Source: Pecten maximus
Lineage: Eukaryota
NCBI RefSeq assembly: GCF_902652985.1
Contig: NC_047016.1
Span: forward strand, 23,250,001 to 23,314,000
DNA: 64,000 nt
Direction of reading: 5' to 3'
The notes beneath the pieces were generated by a model. The model was not told the DNA's origin. It ran no database searches and saw nothing but the letters and a program-made list of their open reading frames with translations. Positions 56,623-64,000 of the stretch are shown piece after piece (positions within the stretch are counted from its first letter, which is position 1; every line of letters starts with the position of its first letter). The position numbers and the translations under genes are program-made.

Positions 56623-58524
56623 ATGTCACTGTAATGATTGGTGTCATATACATCAACTCAGTAATGATTGGTGTAATATACATAAACTCAGTAATGATTG
56701 GTGTCACTGTCTATATACATAAACTCAGTAATGATTGGTGTCATATACATAAACTCAGTAGTGATTGGTGTCATATACATAAACTCAGTAATGATTGGTG
56801 TCATATACATAAACTCAGTAATGATTGGTGTAATATACATAAACTCAGTAATGATTGGTGTACTATACATAAACTCAGTAGTGATTGGTGTCACTGTCTA
56901 TATACATAAACTCAGTAATGATTGGTGTCATATACATAAACTCAGTAATGATTGGTGTAATATACATAAACTCAGTAGTGATTGGTGTCACTGTCTATAT
57001 ACATAAACTCAGTAATGATTGGTGTCACTGTCTATATACATAAACTCAGTAGTGATTGGTGTCACTGTCTATATACATAAACTCAGTAATGATTGGTGTC
57101 ACTATCTATATACATAAACTCAATGATGATTGGTGTCACTGTCTATATACATAAACTCAGTAATGATTGGTGTAATATACATAAACTCAGTAATGATTGG
57201 TGTCACTGTCTATATACATAAACTCAGTAGTGATTGGTGTCACTACCTATATACATAAACTCAGTAATGATTGGTGTCACTACCTATATACATAAACTCA
57301 GTAATGATTGGTGTCACTGTCTATATACACAAACTCAGTAATGATTGGTGTCATATACATAAACTCAGTAGTGATTGGTGTAATATACATAAACTCGGTA
57401 ATGATTGGTGTAATATACATAAACTCAGTAATGATTGGTGTCACTATCTATATACATAAACTCAGTAATGATTGGTGTCACTGTCTATATACACAAACTC
57501 AGTAATGATTGGTGTCACTGTCTATATACATAAACTCAGTAATGATTGGTGTCACTACCTATATACATAAACTCAGTAATGATTGGTGTCACTGTCTATA
57601 TACATAAACTCAGTAATGATTGGTGTCACTGTCTATATACACAAACTCAGTAATGATTGGTGTCACTGTCTATATACATAAACTCAGTAGTGATTGGTGT
57701 CACTGTCTATATGCATAACTCGGTAATGATTGGTGTCACTGTCTATATACATAAACTCAGTAATGATTGGTGTAATATACATCAACTCAGTAATGATTGG
57801 TGTCACTGTCTATATACATAAACTCAGTAATGATTGGTGTAATATACATAAACTCAGTAATGATTGGTGTCACTGTCTATATACATAAACTCAGTAGTGA
57901 TTGGTGTCATATACATAAACTCAGTAATGACTGGTGTCACTGTCTATATACATAAACTCAGTAATGATTGGTGTCACTGTCTATATACATAAACTCAGTA
58001 GTGATTGGTGTCATATACATAAACTCAGTAATGATTGGTGTCACTGTCTATATACATAAACTCAGTAGTGATTGGTGTCATATACATAAACTCAGTAATG
58101 ATTGGTGTCACTGTCTATATACATAAACTCAGTAATGATTGGTGTCACTATCTATATACATAAACTCAGTAGTGATTGGTTTCACTGTTTTTATACATAA
58201 ACTCAGTAGTGATTGGTGTAATATACATAAACTCAGTAATGATTGGTGTCACTGTCTATATACATAAACTCAGTAATGATTGGTGTCACTATCTATATAC
58301 ATAAACTCAGTAATGATTGGTGTAATATACATAAACTCAGTAATGATTGGTGTCACTGTCTATATACATAAACTCAGTAATGATTGGTGTCACTACCTAT
58401 ATACATAAACTCAGTAATGATTGGTGTCACTGTTTTTATACATAAACTCAGTAGTGATTGGTGTCACTGTTTTCATACATAAACTCAGTAATGATTGGTG
58501 TCACTGTTTTCATACATAAACTCA
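56623..58524. repeat. Mixed 30/37-bp tandem array
   Basis: AAACTCAGTAATGATTGGTGTCA(CTGTCTA)TATACAT. Confidence 0.96.
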
Positions 58525-59025
58525 TTCCCATTATGTTCTATAAACACTCATATAGTCCTACATTTTAAAGTAAATTACCGTTATGAACATCGACAAGGAA
58601 CACAATGCTTACAATATCATGAAGCTTTATCATAATGGACATTCGTTAAATCATTAATTAATTTTGTACAATGACGTTTTTTGCTCTATTGTTAAAATAT
58701 TTCCATTATATTGCCCTAATCCCATATACCGCGTGCGTACCAGCTTAAAACCTATTTACGCCGTTTTACACCCCTCTGCATTTGAAACAATTCTGTGTTA
58801 ACTTGGTCTGAATACATCCTATAGCGAGCCTCTCGATCTGTCTGGTTGATGTAACGGGTGAATTGGTGGAGCGGCGATATTCTAATTGAACCATAATTTA
58901 TAGAAATCAATAGTAGATACACATCTATATCAATACTATAAACATTTGCCGCAATTAAGTAAAGCACAACCAATGCCACTCGTTTCCGAATCAATGACAC
59001 AAGGCTACAGCCACACTATGGTAAA

Positions 59026-59414
59026 TGTAGTTCGATCTCAGTTCAAACAACATCCATTGGAAAATATCCGATTTATTAAATAAGCCATACTACTATCTGG
59101 AGTAACTCGCTTCAGTGGTAGAATTTCTTCAGTGATATCACGACGGACTGCTCGGCTGATAGTCAGACAAGCTTGAGAGATAGAACGTAACAGGACGAGT
59201 GAGCGCTGCAGCGCGAGACTACATTGCACGGTACAGCAATACCAAACGTAGACTAGGACCGAGGAAAAATCAATACGGATGTCTTTCGACTGCAAAGGCA
59301 TGAACACTGGGGCATAAATAAAAGGGCTATATGCACAAGCAACGGAGGAATGGGTGATATCGACAGTACAGTTGTATTTGTACACGCAGGGAAGTGAACG
59401 TAAACTGGACTACA
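59026..59414. mobile_element. Possible LTR-like segment
   Basis: TGTAGTTC...GGACTACA termini and internal AATAAA; no TSD seen. Confidence 0.3.
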
Positions 59415-59678
59415 TCCGGCTGGGAAGGCTCACCTTACTCACACCTCTTTCGTAAGTACATTTTTACAATTGGAATGTCCACCTACCATTCATAACTACA
59501 TCTGGTCGTACTATCGATGAGACAGGGGCTACTTTTAGCTTAAGGTAAATTGTACCGGCTTCCTTTACTCTTCTCAATGGCCTTCTGGTCGACTTTTACC
59601 TCAAGCAGTATACAGGTTATAGGACGATTTCTCTGTTTGTTATTTGGCCTCTTTCTCCAATCCTGAAGCGCCGCTGGG

Positions 59679-61259
59679 CTGTGATCACATTTGCCCTCTT
59701 ACTGCCATTATGACTATGTGGACCTATGATCTGTGGACCTATGATCACATTTGCCCTCTCACTCCCATTATGACTATGTGGATCTGTGATCACATTTGCC
59801 CTCTTACTGCCATATGACTATGTGGACCTGTGATCACATTTGCCCTCTTACTGCCGTATGACGATGTGAACCTATGATCACATTTGCCCTCTTACTGCCG
59901 TATGACTATGTGAACCTATGATCACATTTGCCCTCTTACTGCCATTATGACTATGTGGACCTGTGATCACATTTGCCATCTTACTGCCATTATGACTATG
60001 TGGACCTGTGATCACATTTGCCCTCTTACTGCCATATGACTCTGTGGATCTGTGATCACATTTGCCCTCTTACTGCCATATGACTCTGTGGATCTGTGAT
60101 CACATTTGCCCTCTTACTGCCGTATGACTATGTGAACCTATGATCACATTTGCCATCTTACTGCCATTATGACTATGTGGACCTGTGATCACATTTGCCC
60201 TCTTACTGCCGTATGACTATGTGAACCTATGATCACATTTGCCCTCTTACTGCCATATGACTCTGTGGATCTGTGATCACATTTGCCCTCTTACTGCCAA
60301 TATGACTATGTGAACCTGTGATCACATTTGCCCTCTCACTCCCATTATGACTATGTGGACCTGTGATCACATTTGCCCTCTTACTGCCATATGACTATGT
60401 GAACCTGTGATCACATTTGCCATCTTACTGTCATTATGACGATGTGGACCTGTGATCACATTTGCCCTCTCACTCCCATTATGACTATGTGGATCTGTGA
60501 TCACATTTGCCCTCTTACTGCCATATGACTCTGTGGACCTGTGGTCACATTTGCCCTCTTACTGCCATTATGACTCTGTGGACCTGTGGTCACATTTGCC
60601 ATCTTACTGCCATTATGACTATGTGGACCTGTGATCACATTTGCCCTCTTACTGCCGTATGACGATGTGAACCTATGATCACATTTGCCCTCTTACTGCC
60701 GTATGACTATGTGAACCTATGATCACATTTGCCCTCTTACTGCCATTATGACTATGTGGACCTGTGATCACATTTGCCATCTTACTGCCATTATGACTAT
60801 GTGGACCTGTGATCACATTTGCCCTCTTACTGCCATATGACGATGTGAACCTATGATCACATTTGCCCTCTTACTGCCATATGACTATGTGAACCTGTGA
60901 TCACATTTGCCCTCTTACTGCCATATGACGATGTGAACCTGTGATCACATTTGCCCTCTTACTGCCATATGACGATGTGAACCTGTGATCACATTTGCCC
61001 TCTTACTGCCATTATGACTATGTGGACCTGTGATCACATTTGCCCTCTTACTGCCATATGACGATGTGGACCTGTGGTCACATTTGCCCTCTTACTGCCA
61101 TTATGACTATGTGGACCTGTGATCACATTTGCCCTCTTACTGCCATATGACTATGTGAACCTGTGATCACATTTGCCCTCTTACTGCCATATGACTATGT
61201 GAACCTGTGATCACATTTGCCCTCTTACTGCCATTATGACTATGTGAACCTGTGATCAC
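59679..61259. repeat. 44/45-bp tandem array
   Basis: GTGATCACATTTGCCCTCTTACTGCCAT(T)ATGACTATGTGGACCT. Confidence 0.96.
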
Positions 61260-61517
61260 TCATAGCCTCCTGATGACACAGATCAGAAAATAATTATATG
61301 TGCCATCAATATGATTTATTGGTAACACATGCGAAGGGGAATTCACGCGAAATAATCAGCATATGGATCACATATTATCATAACGGAAGCATTTACCAGT
61401 TAGAAATATATCTAAAATATAATGTAATTATGTAGGCCTAGATTTTGTATTTAACTTATACATTGTACTTGGTTTAGTTATAAATGACCCGACCTCGGAC
61501 TACACTGGGTTCAGATA

Positions 61518-64000
61518 CTGTATATAACCTGTACTGGGGTTAGAATGTATATAACCTGTACTGGGGTTAGTCTGTATATAACGTGTACTGGGGTTAGTCT
61601 GTATATAACCTGTACTGGGGTTAGTCTGTATATAACGTGTACTGGGGTTAGTCTGTATATAACCTGTATTGGGGTTAGTCTGTATATAACGTGTACTGGG
61701 ATTAGACTGTATATAACGTGTACTGGGGTTAGACTGTATATAACCTGTACTGGGGTTACACTGTATATAACCTGTACTGGGGTTACACTGTATATAACCT
61801 GTACTGGGGTTAGACTGTATATAACATGTACTGGGGTTAGACTGTATATAACCTGTACTGGGGTTTGACTGTATATAACCTGTAATGGGGTTAGACTGTA
61901 TATAACCTGTACTGGGGTTACACTGTATATAACCTGTACTGGGGTTACACTGTATATAACCTGTACTGGGGTTACACTGTATATAACCTGTACTGGGGTT
62001 AGACTGTATATAACATGTACTTGGGTTAGACTGTATATAACGTGTACTGGGGTTAGACTGTATATAACCTGTACTGGGGTTAGACTGTATATAACCTGTA
62101 CTGGGGTTAGACTGTATATAACCTGTAATGGGGTTAGACTGTATATAACCTGTACTGGGGTTACACTGTATATAACCTGTACTGGGGTTACACTGTATAT
62201 AACCTGTACTGGGGTTAGACTGTATATAACGTGTACTGGGGTTAGACTGTATATAACCTGTACTGGGGTTAGTCTGTATATAACCTGTACTGGGTTTACA
62301 CTGTATATAACCTGTACTGGGGTTAGTCTGTATATAACGTGTACTGGGGTTAGACTGTATATAACCTGTACTGGGGTTAGACTGTATATAACCTGTACTG
62401 GGGTTAGACTGTATATAACCTGTACTGGGGTTAGACTGCATATAACTTGTACTGGGGTTAGACTGTATATAACCTGTATTGGGGTTACACTGTATATAAC
62501 CTGTACTGGGGTTAGTCTGTATATAACGTGTACTGGGGTTAGACTGTATATAACCTGTATTGGGGTTAGTCTGTATATAACGTGTACTGGGGTTAGACTG
62601 TATATAACTTGTATTGGGGTTAGTCTGTATATAACGTGTACTGGGGTTAGACTGTATATAACTTGTATTGGGGTTAGACTGTATATAACCTGTACTGGGG
62701 TTAGTCTGTATATAACGTGTACTGGGGTTAGACTGTATATAACCTGTATTGGGGTTACACTGTATATAACCTGTACTGGGGTTACACTGTATATAACCTG
62801 TACTGGGGTTACACTGTATATAACCTGTACTGGGGTTACACTGTATATAACCTGTATTGGGGTTAGACTGTATATAACCTGTACTGGGGTTTGACTGTAT
62901 ATAACGTGTACTGGGGTTTGACTGTATATAACGTGTACTGGGGTTACATTGTATATAACGTGTACTGGGGTTAGACTGTATATAACCTGTACTGGGGTTA
63001 GACTGTATATAACCTGTACTGGGGTTAGACTGTATATAACCTGTACTGGGGTTAGACTGCATATAACTTGTACTGGGGTTAGACTGTATATAACCTGTAT
63101 TGGGGTTACACTGTATATAACCTGTACTGGGGTTAGTCTGTATATAACGTGTACTGGGGTTAGACTGTATATAACCTGTATTGGGGTTAGTCTGTATATA
63201 ACGTGTACTGGGGTTAGACTGTATATAACTTGTATTGGGGTTAGTCTGTATATAACGTGTACTGGGGTTAGACTGTATATAACTTGTATTGGGGTTAGAC
63301 TGTATATAACCTGTACTGGGGTTAGTCTGTATATAACGTGTACTGGGGTTAGACTGTATATAACCTGTATTGGGGTTACACTGTATATAACCTGTACTGG
63401 GGTTACACTGTATATAACCTGTACTGGGGTTACACTGTATATAACCTGTACTGGGGTTACACTGTATATAACCTGTATTGGGGTTAGACTGTATATAACC
63501 TGTACTGGGGTTTGACTGTATATAACGTGTACTGGGGTTTGACTGTATATAACGTGTACTGGGGTTACATTGTATATAACCTGTACTGGGGTTAGACTGT
63601 ATATAACCTGTACTGGGGTTAGACTGTATATAACCTGTATTGGGGTTACACTATATATAACCTGTACTGGGGTTAGACTGTATATAACCTGTAATGGGGT
63701 TAGACTGTATATAACCTGTACTGGGGTTAGACTGTATATAACCTGTACTGGGGTTACACTGTATATAACCTGTACTGGGGTTTGACTGTATATAACCTGT
63801 ACTGGGGTTAGACTGTATATAACGTGTACTGGGGTTACATTGTATATAACCTGTACTGGGGTTAGACTGTATATAACCTGTACTGGGGTTAGACTGTATA
63901 TAACCTGTACTGGGGTTAGACTGTATATAACCTGTACTGGGGTTACACTGTATATAACCTGTACTGGGGTTACACTGTATATAACCTGTACTGGGGTTTG
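61518..64000. repeat. 27-bp tandem array (runs off the window)
   Basis: CTGTATATAACCTGTACTGGGGTTAGA. Confidence 0.97.

Noticed and set aside
61270-61291. CTGATGA...GAAA hammerhead-like core (CTGATGA also at ~25827 and ~45804)
   Set aside because: No stem II with the R-Y closing pair and no supporting stems I/III.
41169-63785. Long repetitive ORFs (530 aa, 520 aa and others; also 25628-26940, 34465-35712, 38271-39343)
   Set aside because: They are translations of tandem DNA repeats that happen to lack stops; there is no splice or domain context.
25897-64000. CRISPR-like appearance of the repeat arrays
   Set aside because: Units are head-to-tail with no unique spacers, there are no cas genes, and the context is eukaryotic.

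Overview
AT-rich eukaryotic genomic DNA, probably an invertebrate such as a bivalve mollusc (inferred from repeat types and HSC70 sequence). The core is a head-to-head pair of intron-containing Hsp70 genes. (1) A canonical cytosolic HSC70/HSPA8 on the minus strand: 6 coding exons, 19950->14591, 657 aa, GGMP repeats plus EEVD, with an HSE/CRE/CCAAT promoter at ~21.2 kb. Its 3' part lies in a near-identical 5.17-kb tandem duplication. (2) A strongly diverged but apparently intact paralogue on the plus strand: 6 coding exons, 25383->40489, 673 aa, the same intron positions and phases, and loss of the K71/T13-equivalent ATPase residues while keeping the interdomain linker and EEVD. An intron of the paralogue holds a full-length RTEX-like non-LTR retrotransposon. 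Its ORF1 and ORF2 are in the same frame, separated only by a UAG in a gammaretrovirus-like UAG-GGA context, and ORF2 has no AUG before its endonuclease motifs, which suggests stop-codon readthrough. The left 8 kb is a nest of DNA transposons: ISL2EU/Harbinger-like, a MULE-like MITE, P-like remnants with 7-bp TSDs and a pogo-like MITE. A 5'-truncated L1/Tx1 carrying a tRNA-containing TGT..ACA insert sits between the genes. The right 23 kb is almost entirely a series of different tandem-repeat arrays (57, 30, 17, 30/37, 44/45 and 27 bp).
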